NCBI GenBank assembly: GCA_039194325.1
Contig: JBCCWC010000014.1
Coordinates: 32,001-96,000 of the forward strand
Source: Myxococcota bacterium
Lineage (GTDB): Bacteria > Myxococcota_A > Polyangia > Nannocystales > Nannocystaceae
Reading direction: 5' to 3'
DNA: 64,000 bases
Shown one piece after another: positions 9,404-19,110 of this stretch (position 1 is the first letter of the stretch; every line of letters starts with the position of its first letter). The notes beneath the pieces were generated by a model. That model saw only the letters and a program-made list of their open reading frames with translations. It was not told the DNA's origin and did no database searches. Both the position numbers and the translations under genes were made by a program.

Positions 9404-10063
9404 GTGCGCACCATCCGGACCCTACCCATGCGCGCTGACGATCGAAGTTTCCGCAAGAACGTCGAAGACCTGCTCGCAGCCGCGGCCGAGATCTGGCCCG
9501 GTCAGGTCGGGGTGCACTCGGTGCCCGTGCTGCTCGACACCGCGTGTCGCCGCGTCACGCAGTTGCGCGCCGGGGCGCCCGAGCATCGCCGCCGGATGAA
9601 CCGCAAGCTCTTCTCGATGGGGATCCCGACCCTGGCCCTCTACCGCACCCTGCGGCAGGACGCGGGGTTCGACCAGGAGCCCGCGCTGGAGCTGCTTGAT
9701 CGCACGCTGCACCAGGTCTACGAGCGTCGCCTGGCCTCGCCGGTGCTGCGCAAGGTCGCCAGCGGGGCGTTCCGCCTGCGGGTGGTGCGGGAGGGGATCA
9801 TGCGCGCCGCCGAGAGCCTCGACGAGCCCGAGGGGTTCTCGATGCGCCGCGTGCCCAGCCCGGGGACGCTGTTGGCCTTCGACGTGGAGCGCTGCCCGCT
9901 CGCGGAGTTCTTCGCTCGGCACGGGGCGCCCGAGGTGGGGCCGCTGATCTGCAAGATCGACGACTTGGTCACCGATGCGCTGTCGGGGGTCACCCTGGAG
10001 CGCACCGGTACGATCGCCGCGGGGGCATCTCGCTGCGACTTTCGGTATCGACGCACGCCGTAG
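9404..10063 (+). CDS. L-2-amino-thiazoline-4-carboxylic acid hydrolase family (ATC hydrolase-like) protein
   Basis: CPLAEFF...ICKIDD...LERTGTIAAGASRCDFRY Cys pattern typical of this family. Confidence 0.75.
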   Translation: MRTIRTLPMRADDRSFRKNVEDLLAAAAEIWPGQVGVHSVPVLLDTACRRVTQLRAGAPEHRRRMNRKLFSMGIPTLALYRTLRQDAGFDQEPALELLDRTLHQVYERRLASPVLRKVASGAFRLRVVREGIMRAAESLDEPEGFSMRRVPSPGTLLAFDVERCPLAEFFARHGAPEVGPLICKIDDLVTDALSGVTLERTGTIAAGASRCDFRYRRTP

Positions 10064-10107
10064 CCCCGGCGGCGGGAGCTTGGGTCTTGCTTGGGGCTCG
10101 CTCGGCG

Positions 10108-11847
10108 CTACTTGTCGTAGGCCACGCGTAGCGCCTCGAGGTCGACGTCGTTCAGTCGTGCGGCCATGTCGCGCAGCAGCTGTTGCAGCGCGGGCGGGGC
10201 CTGGCGCCCGCGGTAGGACAGCCCGAGCTTGTTCGTCTGCACGAAGTGGCGGGCGCCGTCGAGGGGGGCGAGCCGGATCTCGTGTCGCGCGAACGCGGGG
10301 TGCTCGACCTCCAGGACCAGCCCACGGTCGTCGACGGCGGCGACCATGGCCCGCGCCCGCTGGGGGGGGGCGCCAGGCGGCGCGAGCCCGTGCCGGCGGG
10401 CGAGCGCCTCGGAGGCGGGGCGTCGGACGGGGGGGATCTCCACCGGGCGGGCGCGAGAGCGTGCAGAGTTGTCGCCCCGGCGGTCCAGGGCGATCTGCAC
10501 AAGCTCGCCCTGGAGCTGCCCGAGCTCGGCGAAGGTCTCGGCGCGCTCGAGCCGGTCGACCCGCGCGGGCGTGCGGGTCTGGACATCGTCGTAGTCCTCG
10601 AAGGTGCGGCGGGCGGGCCCGGGCCAGCGCTCGACGGCCGCGTCACCGAGCACCGTGCCCGGCAAAGGGTGGTAGGTCGACCACATGAACGAGCCGGGGC
10701 GCAGCTGGTGCAGCATCTGGGTGGTCGCGCGCATCTGCTCGCGGGTCTCGCCGGGGAGCATGGTCATCAGCGAGGCGCTGGTCTGCAGCCCGAGCGCGCG
10801 GCAGTCGTCGAAGACCTGCTGCAGGCGAGCCTGGGAGGTCCGGCGATTGAGCACCTCGCGGCGAAAGATCTCGTCGCCCGCCTCGATCCCGCAGTGAAAC
10901 AGCACGCAGCCGGCCTGCCGCAGCAGCGTCAGGCGCTTGCGGCTGGCCGCGCTGGGGTGCATCTCGACCTTGAACGGCAGCCCCACGCGCCGCGGATACT
11001 CGTGGGCGAAGCGCTCGAGCCAGTCCAGATCGACCGGGAAGTGCTCGTCCCAGAACTCGAAGCCCTCGGGGCGGTAGCGATCGCGCAGCGCGGCCAGCTC
11101 GTCGCACAGGTGATCGACGGGGCGATGGTTTCGCTTTTGGCGATCGCTGAGCTCGTGCAGCGAGCCCCAGCGCGGCGCCGAGCAGTAGGCGCAAGAAAAG
11201 GGGCAGCCTCGCCCGGCCCGGGTCGGGAGGTAGCCGTCGACGACCGGGCCGAAGGTGTTGATCCCGTCCTCGATGATCTGCTCGACCGACCCGAAGACCT
11301 CGTAGTCCCACCACGGCACCGTCGCGATGTCGGGGACCGGGTCGGCTTGGGGGATCGGATCGCTCCAGCCGTCGCTCTGCTTGACCCACAGGCCCGGCCG
11401 CGTGGGCAGTAAAGGGTGGGGAGCGGTGGGTTGGGGGGTGGTGGGGCGAGGAGCGGTGGTGGTGGTGTCGGCGAGCGCGGCGAGGAGCCACGTGAGCGGG
11501 CGCTCACCCTCGCCGATGGCGATCGCGTCGACGGCCTCGCAGGCGGCGACGTCGTGGGGCGCGAGGCTGGCGTGATAACCCCCCACGACCACGTAGGCGC
11601 GGCCTTGCAGGCGGGCGAGCAGCGCGGCGGCGCCGGGCCAGTCGCGGGTCATGCACGAGGCCCCCACGACGTCGGGGGCGAGCTTGTCGATGTGCTCGGC
11701 GACGCGGTCGATCCGATACTTGCGGAATACCTCGAGCGCCAGCGGCTCGTGGCCGGCCTCGCGCACCACGGCGGACAGGGCGGCCACCGAGGAGCTGAAC
11801 GCTCGCCGCGGGTCGGTGAAGAACAGCAGCAGTACACGCAGGCGCAT
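10108..11847 (-). CDS. B12-binding domain radical SAM protein
   Basis: N-terminal VVVGGYHAS...AIGEGE cobalamin-binding-type region, RGCPFSCAYC (CxxxCxxC), GIEAG, and PLPGT. Confidence 0.9.
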   Translation of the reverse strand: MRLRVLLLFFTDPRRAFSSSVAALSAVVREAGHEPLALEVFRKYRIDRVAEHIDKLAPDVVGASCMTRDWPGAAALLARLQGRAYVVVGGYHASLAPHDVAACEAVDAIAIGEGERPLTWLLAALADTTTTAPRPTTPQPTAPHPLLPTRPGLWVKQSDGWSDPIPQADPVPDIATVPWWDYEVFGSVEQIIEDGINTFGPVVDGYLPTRAGRGCPFSCAYCSAPRWGSLHELSDRQKRNHRPVDHLCDELAALRDRYRPEGFEFWDEHFPVDLDWLERFAHEYPRRVGLPFKVEMHPSAASRKRLTLLRQAGCVLFHCGIEAGDEIFRREVLNRRTSQARLQQVFDDCRALGLQTSASLMTMLPGETREQMRATTQMLHQLRPGSFMWSTYHPLPGTVLGDAAVERWPGPARRTFEDYDDVQTRTPARVDRLERAETFAELGQLQGELVQIALDRRGDNSARSRARPVEIPPVRRPASEALARRHGLAPPGAPPQRARAMVAAVDDRGLVLEVEHPAFARHEIRLAPLDGARHFVQTNKLGLSYRGRQAPPALQQLLRDMAARLNDVDLEALRVAYDK

Positions 11848-11853
11848 GGGCGA

Positions 11854-11933
11854 CCTATCCCCGGTACTTCTTGCCTAGCCCCCGTACTTTTTGCCTAGCC
11901 CCCGTACTTTTTGCCTAGCCCCCGTACTTCTTG
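11854..11933. repeat. Four tandem copies of a 20-bp unit containing the POT transporter stop codon
   Basis: Unit CCTAGCCCCCGTACTT(T/C)TTG at 11874, 11894 and 11914, with a degenerate copy at 11854. Confidence 0.9.
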
Positions 11934-13876
11934 ATAGTCGCGTCGAGTCCCGGCAGCACCAGCCGCAGGTAGAGCGCGACCAGGCCGGCCAGGCCGGCCA
12001 GCAGCAGGAAGAAGCTCACCGGGGTCATCGTGCCCTGAATGCCGCCGAAGAAGCCGGAGAAGTTGTTGCCGAACGCGGTGGCCAGAAACCACCCGCCCAT
12101 GGTCAGCCCCACCAGGTGCGGCGGGCTGAGCTTGGTGACCAGCGAAAGGCCCATGGGCGAAAGGCATAGCTCGCCGATCGTAACGATTGCGTAAAAGCCT
12201 ACCAGCCACATCCCGGTGACCCGCGTAGCCCCGTCGTCGGTCATTAGGCCCGCGAGCGACATCAGCAGCAGGGACATCGTGGTGAGCACCATGCCCAGCA
12301 AGAGCTTCTGGGCCGTCGAAAGCCCACGCCCTCGGCGCTGGAGCGACGCGAAGAAGCCGACCAGCAGCGGGGTCAGGGCGATCACGAAGAACGCATTCCA
12401 CGACTGGTAGAGCTCGGAGTTGAAGACCCCCAAGAACTTGCCCGGAGGCAGCGTCTGCGGCGGGTGCCCAAAGCGCTCCTCGTAGCCCGCGTAGAGCGTG
12501 GTCATCAGCTCTTGGTCTACGATCACCACCCCGATCCGCTCGCCCTCGACTTGCCGCACGAACGCGACCCGCCCGGTGGGCTTGGCGCCCTCGGGCACCT
12601 CGACCGCGATCGTCTTGGCGCCGTGGGAATCCTCGATCTCCTTGACCTCCACCACCCCGGGCTCGAACACCTTGGCCGCGCGCTTGGTGATCGCCTCGGG
12701 CTCTTTGGTGTCTTCGTCCTGCAGCGGCAGCTCGACGACCGTCAGATCCGGGTTGGCCGCCGCAATCGCGCTGACGGCCGCGGGATCCAGCCGCTGTTGG
12801 CCGAACATTCGGGCGTGGGCGGGGTCGGTCGCGACCCCCAACGAGTGGAGATCGGGTCGCGGGACGTCCTCGGTAGCGGCCGGGTAGTAGTTGGGCAAGG
12901 CCTCCTGCTTCCAGATGCTCGGGGTGACCTCGGGCGCGGTGCGGGTGGTCTGATCCCGCGCCCATTGGGTCATCGCCGAGCCGTTGAGGTGGAGGATCAT
13001 GAAGAACGTGCCCCCCGCGATGTAGATGGGCAGCAGCGCCCGCAGCCCCGGTCGCTCACTCTCCTTGGCGTTACGCACCAAGGTGACAAAGAAGTAGACG
13101 ACCGGCAGGATCCCGAACAAGAAGCCCACGATGGCGGGGCGCATGCCGCCGGGCAGCATGCCCTGGGCCCCCAGCCACTTGGCAAGGAAGTAGCCGATCG
13201 CCCCGAACACCGCCGCGGGCCCGAGGACCTTGGCGAACACCACCCCCAGGCCCGCGTCGTCCTTGCCCTTCTTGGGGGGACGATCGGCCGCCGCGAGGTT
13301 CTTCCACTGCGACAAGAGGATCAGCATGGAGATGAGCAGACCAAACCCCGCGATCCTGAAGGTCCACAGCCAGCCCGCCTCGTTGCGCACCGCGGCCGCC
13401 AGCAGGTTGGCGAACAGCGCCCCGATGTTGATCCCCATGTAGAAGATGTTGAAGCCCGCGTCGCGCCTCGCGTCGCCGGGCTCGTAGAGGTTGCCCACCA
13501 TCACCGAGATGTTGGGCTTGAAAAAGCCGTTGCCCACGATGAGCCCCAAAAGCCCCAGCAAGAAGAAGCTCTTGCCCGGCACGCTCATCAAAAACAGGCC
13601 CGAGGCCATGCACACCGCCCCCACCAGCACCGCGCGCCGGTAGCCGAGGAAGCGGTCGGCGATCATCCCGCCCAAGAAGGGCGTGAAGTAGACGAACGCG
13701 AGGTAGAGCCCGTAGATCTCGTTGCCCTCGGCCGAGGGCATGCCCAGGCCGCCGCGCTCGGTGTCGGTGGTGTACAGCAGCAGGATCCCCACCATCGTGT
13801 AGAACGCCAGGCGCTCCCACATCTCGGTGAAGAACAGCGCATACAGTCCCCGGGGGTGTCCCTGCTTTTCGGCCAT
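11915..13876 (-). CDS. Proton-dependent oligopeptide (POT/PTR) MFS transporter
   Basis: EMWERLAFY (ExxER motif), GNGFFKPNIS, FYMGINIG and GELCLSP. Confidence 0.92.
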   Translation of the reverse strand: MAEKQGHPRGLYALFFTEMWERLAFYTMVGILLLYTTDTERGGLGMPSAEGNEIYGLYLAFVYFTPFLGGMIADRFLGYRRAVLVGAVCMASGLFLMSVPGKSFFLLGLLGLIVGNGFFKPNISVMVGNLYEPGDARRDAGFNIFYMGINIGALFANLLAAAVRNEAGWLWTFRIAGFGLLISMLILLSQWKNLAAADRPPKKGKDDAGLGVVFAKVLGPAAVFGAIGYFLAKWLGAQGMLPGGMRPAIVGFLFGILPVVYFFVTLVRNAKESERPGLRALLPIYIAGGTFFMILHLNGSAMTQWARDQTTRTAPEVTPSIWKQEALPNYYPAATEDVPRPDLHSLGVATDPAHARMFGQQRLDPAAVSAIAAANPDLTVVELPLQDEDTKEPEAITKRAAKVFEPGVVEVKEIEDSHGAKTIAVEVPEGAKPTGRVAFVRQVEGERIGVVIVDQELMTTLYAGYEERFGHPPQTLPPGKFLGVFNSELYQSWNAFFVIALTPLLVGFFASLQRRGRGLSTAQKLLLGMVLTTMSLLLMSLAGLMTDDGATRVTGMWLVGFYAIVTIGELCLSPMGLSLVTKLSPPHLVGLTMGGWFLATAFGNNFSGFFGGIQGTMTPVSFFLLLAGLAGLVALYLRLVLPGLDATIKKYGG

Positions 13877-14008
13877 GGCTCTGCCTTGGTCGCCGTAGTC
13901 ATGGCGACCGGCAGAGGATACCCCGGCCGGCTCGGAGCGCGAGCCGACCGGGCCGTGTTTGGTCGGGGCCCGCTCGGGTCCGTTCCCCGGGCCCGCTCCC
14001 CGGGCCCG

Positions 14009-15586
14009 CTACAGGTGCTCGGAATCCACGTTGAAGGTGGTGGCCTGGTACCACTGGCTCCACGGCACGATCGCGCTTTGCAGCGAGGCCGGCGGCTCCT
14101 GGAAGGGGGGCTTGTTGGCTCCCAGGCAGATCAGGGCCAGGTAGGGATCGAAGCGGCGACCCAGCCGGATGATATCGGTGGGGTTTTTCGAGTTGAGGCC
14201 GTTGGGCTCCAGGCAGTGCTCTTGCAGCAGCCCGAGCACGGTGTTGGAGGTGGCGTTGTTCGAGGCATCGGCGGTGCTGTGGATCTCGTTTCGCGCCGCG
14301 CTACGGCTGGCGTGGAAGATGATCTCGTAGTGTACGTGAGGGTTGGTGTTGAAGGCGTTGCCGGAGGTTCCGACGGTACCCACCCGCGTGTCCTGGGTGA
14401 TGCTCTGCCAGTCGCCGAAGCCCACGTCGCGGGTGTCGAGGTGGGAGTAGAGCATCGAGGCCCAGACCTCGGTGCCCGCGATGTTCACCGGGCAGATCAC
14501 CTGCACCCAGTTGCCAAAGGAGCCGCTGGAGCCCGACAGCGTCTCGCCCGAGCAGGGGGCGTAGAGCGGCTCGCCGGTCACACCGAGGAAGTCCACGCCC
14601 GTGTGGAGGCCGTTGCCGCTGCCGCGTGGGGCTTGGAAGTATCCCGCGCCCAGATTGTCGCTGCGCAGGCCCAGGTCGACGTCGAGGATGTACGTCCAGT
14701 CGGACAGGGCACCGCCCGGACCGGGATCGGGCAGTGGGTCGGGCAGTGGGTCGGGCTGGGGCCCGGGGCCCGGAGGAGGCTCGCCGCCGTCCGGCACCGT
14801 GTAGCCCAGCGTCTGGGCGTACTGCACCCAGACCTGCCAGAACAGGAAGTTGCCGAAGGGGGCCGGGTTGCCGCCCGCGTCGCGATCGCCGACCCACGGG
14901 GTATAGGTGTAGAGCACCGCGGTCGCCTTGTTGCGCGGCGTGATGCTCACCGGATCCAGGGTGCTCTTGGGTTGACCCACCGCCCAGCCCGAGATCGTGG
15001 GGCGACCGGCGTCGAGGTCATCGAGGTAGCTGCGGGTCAGATCGCCGGCGCAGTCGAGCTGGTTCTCGAAGCCGGAGAACTCGGGGGCGCAGCCGGCCCC
15101 GTCGGGGCAGCCGCACCCGAATGCCTCGTCCATCGCGATCTGCGAGCAGGTCCCCAGCGCGCCGACGAGCGAGGACTCCTTTTGCAGGTGGGTGAGCAAA
15201 AATAGTGGGTTGAGCCCGTAGTCGGTGGCCGTGTCGCGGATGAGCTCACCCGCCGTACGGCCCGAGAAGCGCTCGCTGGCCAGGCACGAGGCCAGGCCGT
15301 CTTGGTAGGGGTCGGCCAAGAAGGCATCGATCTGCGCGGCCGTGAACGCGGAGGCGTCGAGCATCGCCGCGTCGGCGACGATCTCGTTGGCGTCGAAGGT
15401 CGAGCCCGCTCCGCCGTTGGCGTCGTCGGCTTTGCCCGCGCCGGCCTTGTCATCTTCGACCACCAGCGCCTCGCGTTCCTCGGGAGCGTCACAAGCGACG
15501 GTGAGCCCGGATAGGGTCACGAGCGCAGGTAGTGCGGCGAGCCGGAAGCAGCGAACACGTACGGGGAGAGTTCGTAGGTCGTCCAT
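14009..15586 (-). CDS. Lipoprotein with a putative lysozyme-like N-terminal domain and an M23 peptidase domain
   Basis: Signal ending LTVAC. N-terminal NPLFLLTHLQKESSL...ATAVLYTYTPW. M23 motifs HTGVDF and HVHYEI. Probable start is MDDLRT at 15586. Confidence 0.8.
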   Translation of the reverse strand: MDDLRTLPVRVRCFRLAALPALVTLSGLTVACDAPEEREALVVEDDKAGAGKADDANGGAGSTFDANEIVADAAMLDASAFTAAQIDAFLADPYQDGLASCLASERFSGRTAGELIRDTATDYGLNPLFLLTHLQKESSLVGALGTCSQIAMDEAFGCGCPDGAGCAPEFSGFENQLDCAGDLTRSYLDDLDAGRPTISGWAVGQPKSTLDPVSITPRNKATAVLYTYTPWVGDRDAGGNPAPFGNFLFWQVWVQYAQTLGYTVPDGGEPPPGPGPQPDPLPDPLPDPGPGGALSDWTYILDVDLGLRSDNLGAGYFQAPRGSGNGLHTGVDFLGVTGEPLYAPCSGETLSGSSGSFGNWVQVICPVNIAGTEVWASMLYSHLDTRDVGFGDWQSITQDTRVGTVGTSGNAFNTNPHVHYEIIFHASRSAARNEIHSTADASNNATSNTVLGLLQEHCLEPNGLNSKNPTDIIRLGRRFDPYLALICLGANKPPFQEPPASLQSAIVPWSQWYQATTFNVDSEHL

Positions 15587-15766
15587 AGTAGTAATGACGT
15601 CGTTGCCCCAGTCGGTGACGTGGTTGCTCGACGGGTAACGGGCGATTAATCCTCGTGGGTCGTGTGAGCAGAGGAACGGCGGAGCCATCGCATTCAGCTG
15701 CTCGCTGCCCATGGACATGACCGCGGTGATTGAGGTCATCGGGTTCACCCCTGCGGCGTTGCGTGA

Positions 15767-16162
15767 ACGATCGCGGTCGACGGAAGCTCGGGCGCGGACG
15801 CGACGGACTCCGAGGGCCCCGCCAGCACGGGGGCTTCGCAGTGCCCGGTGCCTCCCTCGCTGGTCGAGCTCGAGCCGCCGCTGTGGTGCCCCGACGGCTT
15901 TAGCTTTGACGAGGCCTACCACCTATGCGTGAGCGAGACCCTCGCCCGCGGGCCCTTTCGCGACCCGATGATCGAGCAGTGCCTGGTGTGCGGGGCCGCG
16001 GCCTGCGACGAGGAGGACTGGCCCGCCGAGTTGGCCCGCGGGCTGCGGGGGACCGAGCGCTGCCCGCCCCGTGGCGTGGTTGGTCAGCGCCTGCCGGAGC
16101 GTCAGACAAAGCGCATACTGGTCGCTGCGTTCGTCCGCGGGCCGAGAAGATCAGGCTGTTGA
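15767..16162 (+). pseudogene. Probable fragment of a Cys-rich secreted protein
   Basis: Frame is open from the stop at 15764 with no ATG start or signal peptide. A Ser/Thr/Gly linker is followed by CPDGFSFDEAYHLC...GPFRDPMIEQCLVCGAAAC, after which the sequence degenerates. Confidence 0.35.
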
Positions 16163-16188
16163 ACACACCGAGGCGCTGTTGATCGAAG

Positions 16189-16803
16189 TCACGAAGAGCG
16201 CGGGTGTTTCAGCCGATACACGTGCACCTTCGATCGTCGCCGCCAGCTCATGTCCAGGCGCAGCACGTCCTCCAGGTGAAACCATGGGTTGTCGTCGACG
16301 TCCTGCGTGGTCACCCATCGCAGTCCCGCGGTCAGCCGGGCCAGACGTGCCGCCAGCCGCTCCATGAACTCGCTCGAGAACGCGGTCGAGCAGGAATAGA
16401 TCACCGTCGCGTCCTTCATGCGCGCGCGCATGAAATCCGAGCGACGAAAGCGGCACTCCCGGGCGCGCAGCAGCCCTCGAGCGGCCACCTCATCTCGCAT
16501 GCGCTGGGCGATCCGGTAGCGGCGCCCCATCAGCTCGATGCCCACGCAGCGGGCCACCGGGACGGTCATCGCCACCTGCAGCACGACCTTGCCGATCCCG
16601 CTGCCCAGGTCGTAGAACGAGTCGTCGGAGCGCAAGTTCAGGTGCTCGAGCAGCTGGGCGGTCGCGGTCGGCATGATCTCGCCGTAGGTCGCCGAGGACC
16701 CGGTCGCGGCGACCCGTGCTTCGCCCGTGGGGTCGTTGTCGTATCCGTGGGCCTCGCGGTAAAGCTGCTGGATCACGGTGCGAGGGTCGGGCGTTGCGCT
16801 CAT
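16189..16803 (-). CDS. DOT1-like class I SAM-dependent methyltransferase
   Basis: TYGEI...LNLRSDDSFYDLGSGIGKVVLQVA...CVGIEL matches the DOT1 family signature. Probable start is MSATP at 16803. Confidence 0.75.
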   Translation of the reverse strand: MSATPDPRTVIQQLYREAHGYDNDPTGEARVAATGSSATYGEIMPTATAQLLEHLNLRSDDSFYDLGSGIGKVVLQVAMTVPVARCVGIELMGRRYRIAQRMRDEVAARGLLRARECRFRRSDFMRARMKDATVIYSCSTAFSSEFMERLAARLARLTAGLRWVTTQDVDDNPWFHLEDVLRLDMSWRRRSKVHVYRLKHPRSS

Positions 16804-16851
16804 CCGGTGGCGCTGTGTAGCACGTTGCTCACCTTCTGCCGATCGAACCGT

Positions 16852-16902
16852 GCTCGGCTCGGCTCGGCTCGGCTCGGCTCGGCTCGGCTCGGCTTGGCTC
16901 GG
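16852..16902. repeat. (GGCTC)n pentanucleotide microsatellite, about 10 units
   Basis: Seen directly in the intergenic region upstream of the DOT1-like gene. Confidence 0.9.
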
Positions 16903-16939
16903 ACGGCGACGGTGCGCTGGCCCATTGCCACGATGTCGA

Positions 16940-17833
16940 TCAGGTCGCGGCACTCGCGAGCTGACTTGGAGTTTGCCCGAACATGCGGCGAAACTCGCGG
17001 CTGAACTGCGACGGGCTGCCGTAGCCCACCTCGAACGCGGCCTCGCTGGCGCCTCGGCCCCCCAGCAGCAGGGCCCGCGCCTCGTGCAATCGCATCTTCT
17101 TGATGAACTGGATAGGTGACAGCGATGTCGCCTTCTTGAAGTGCTCGTGTAGCGTCGAGTGGCTCATGCCCGCCTGTTTGGCGATGGCCTTGATGTCCAG
17201 GGGCTCGCGGTAGTTCTTCTCCAGGTAGCTCACGACCCGCGCCACCCGGTGCGCGCTGCCGTCGCGTAGGACGAAATTGCGTAGCAGGCCGCCGTTGGGC
17301 CCGCGCAACACCTCGAACAGCAGCTCACGCTCGAGCCCGGGGCCGAGGATCTTGCGCTCCATGGGTCGGTCGACCACGTCGAGGAAGCGGACGAGGGCAT
17401 TGTGTACCCCGTCGCTCATCTCACAGGGGGCGACCGCGACCGAGGGGGCGGCGTCGTTGGGCCAGTCGAAGTACTCTTCCATCTCGACCAATAGGGTGCC
17501 CACGCGGGCTGGGTCGAACTTCAGGATCGCGGCGAGCATGGGCTTACGTGGCGTGGCCGTGACGATCTCGCTCTCGATGGGCAGCGGCAGCGAGCACAGC
17601 AGATAGTTGCGGGGGTTGTATTCGAACGGCCGGTCGCCCAGGTAGGCGAACTTGCGCCCCTGGGCCACCACGCACAGCGACGGCGAGTACACCACGGGGG
17701 TGCGAGCCATCGGCTCGATCATCCGGCCCACGACGAGGCCCGGCCAGGGGGTCGCCATGACGCCCGTCTGCGTGGCCAGCCGGTCGATCGTGCGGACCAA
17801 CAATTCCCGGGAAGTCATGTCCTTGGAATTCAT
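16940..17833 (-). CDS. AraC family transcriptional regulator (AraC_N type)
   Basis: N-terminal YSPSLCVVAQGRK. C-terminal HTH AGMSHSTLHEHFK...VGYGSPSQFSREFRRMFG. Divergent from an aldo/keto reductase. Confidence 0.92.
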   Translation of the reverse strand: MNSKDMTSRELLVRTIDRLATQTGVMATPWPGLVVGRMIEPMARTPVVYSPSLCVVAQGRKFAYLGDRPFEYNPRNYLLCSLPLPIESEIVTATPRKPMLAAILKFDPARVGTLLVEMEEYFDWPNDAAPSVAVAPCEMSDGVHNALVRFLDVVDRPMERKILGPGLERELLFEVLRGPNGGLLRNFVLRDGSAHRVARVVSYLEKNYREPLDIKAIAKQAGMSHSTLHEHFKKATSLSPIQFIKKMRLHEARALLLGGRGASEAAFEVGYGSPSQFSREFRRMFGQTPSQLASAAT

Positions 17834-18023
17834 GATGATTCTCGGAGGAAGGCTTCGGTAGATAGGAGTATTGTATCAGAAATGGGCCATCGAAGAAGCC
17901 ATTGCTACCGGGCTCCGGATTTTTGGGCAAGCTTGCCGGAGGGATCGCCTAGCGACGAACGGCCCGGGCCTCTAGGTTACTCGTGCCTGTCGGGTCCCTC
18001 TCACTCATCTCCAGGAGCTACCG

Positions 18024-19103
18024 ATGCCTCTCGATCACTACGTCACCCTGGGCCGCTCCGGCCTTCGCGTCAGCCCCTTGTGCCTGGGCACCATGACCTT
18101 TGGTGAGGACTGGGGCTGGGGCACCAGCGTGCAGGAGTCCACCGCGATCCTCGATCGCTTCATCGAGCGTGGCGGCAATTTCATCGACACCGCCAACATG
18201 TACACCAAGGGTCACTCCGAGAAGATCATCGGGGACCATGTTGGCCGGGATCCGGCCAAGCGCGATCGCCTGGTCATCGCCACCAAGTTCACCGGCAACA
18301 TGTATCGCAAGGATCCCAACGGCGGCGGGACCAACCGCAAGGCGATCGTGCAGCAGTGTGAGCACAGCCTGCGCCGGCTGCAGACCGACTACATCGATCT
18401 GTACTGGATGCACGCGTGGGATCACTTCACGCCCATCGAGGAGACCATGCGCGCCCTCGACGATCTGGTCGCCGCGGGCAAGGTGCGCTACGTCGGTGTG
18501 TCCGACACTCCGGCGTGGAAGGTCACCCAGGCCAACATGCTCGCCGAGATGAACCGGTGGACTCGGTTCGTCGGCCTGCAGATCGAATACTCGTTGATAC
18601 AGCGCACCGTCGAGGGGGAGCTCGTCCCCATGGCCCAGGAGCTGGGCCTGGGCGTGACGCCCTGGTCACCGCTCAAGGGTGGTGTGCTCACTGGCAAGTT
18701 CACCCGGGATAGCGACAGGAAGTCGGAGCGAGGCGACTGGGTCAATCCCCTGCTCAACGAGGACACGTTCAAGTTGGTCGACATCTTGGTCGACATCGCC
18801 CAAACGCTCGACAGCACGCCCGCGCGAGTGGCCCTACGCTGGGTGCAGAACCGTCCCGGGGTGACCTCCACCATCATCGGCGCCCGTCGCATGGAACAGC
18901 TCGATGACAACCTCGCCTGCCTAGACCTCGAGCTGCCCGCGGAGGCGACCGCCACGCTCGACGAGGCCACCAAGCCGGCGCTGCCCTTCCCCTACGATTT
19001 CCTGCGGGCGATGCCCGGCTTCTTCGGCAACGGCGCCAACATCAACGGGTTGCAGACCTCTGAGGTCGGCTTCTCGCCCGAGGGCGACGACGATCGCTAC
19101 TGA
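18024..19103 (+). CDS. Aldo/keto reductase
   Basis: LCLGTMTFG, IDTANMY, IATKF, SLRRLQTDYIDLYWMH and WSPL. Confidence 0.95.
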   Translation: MPLDHYVTLGRSGLRVSPLCLGTMTFGEDWGWGTSVQESTAILDRFIERGGNFIDTANMYTKGHSEKIIGDHVGRDPAKRDRLVIATKFTGNMYRKDPNGGGTNRKAIVQQCEHSLRRLQTDYIDLYWMHAWDHFTPIEETMRALDDLVAAGKVRYVGVSDTPAWKVTQANMLAEMNRWTRFVGLQIEYSLIQRTVEGELVPMAQELGLGVTPWSPLKGGVLTGKFTRDSDRKSERGDWVNPLLNEDTFKLVDILVDIAQTLDSTPARVALRWVQNRPGVTSTIIGARRMEQLDDNLACLDLELPAEATATLDEATKPALPFPYDFLRAMPGFFGNGANINGLQTSEVGFSPEGDDDRY

Positions 19104-19110
19104 GCTGTTG

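Noticed and set aside
11854..11933. CRISPR array or att site
   Set aside because: It is a head-to-tail duplication of a gene end with no spacers and no integrase nearby.
12464..15205. 913-aa plus-strand ORF
   Set aside because: It is the antisense shadow of the POT transporter and M23 genes, a common artefact at high GC, and has no motifs.
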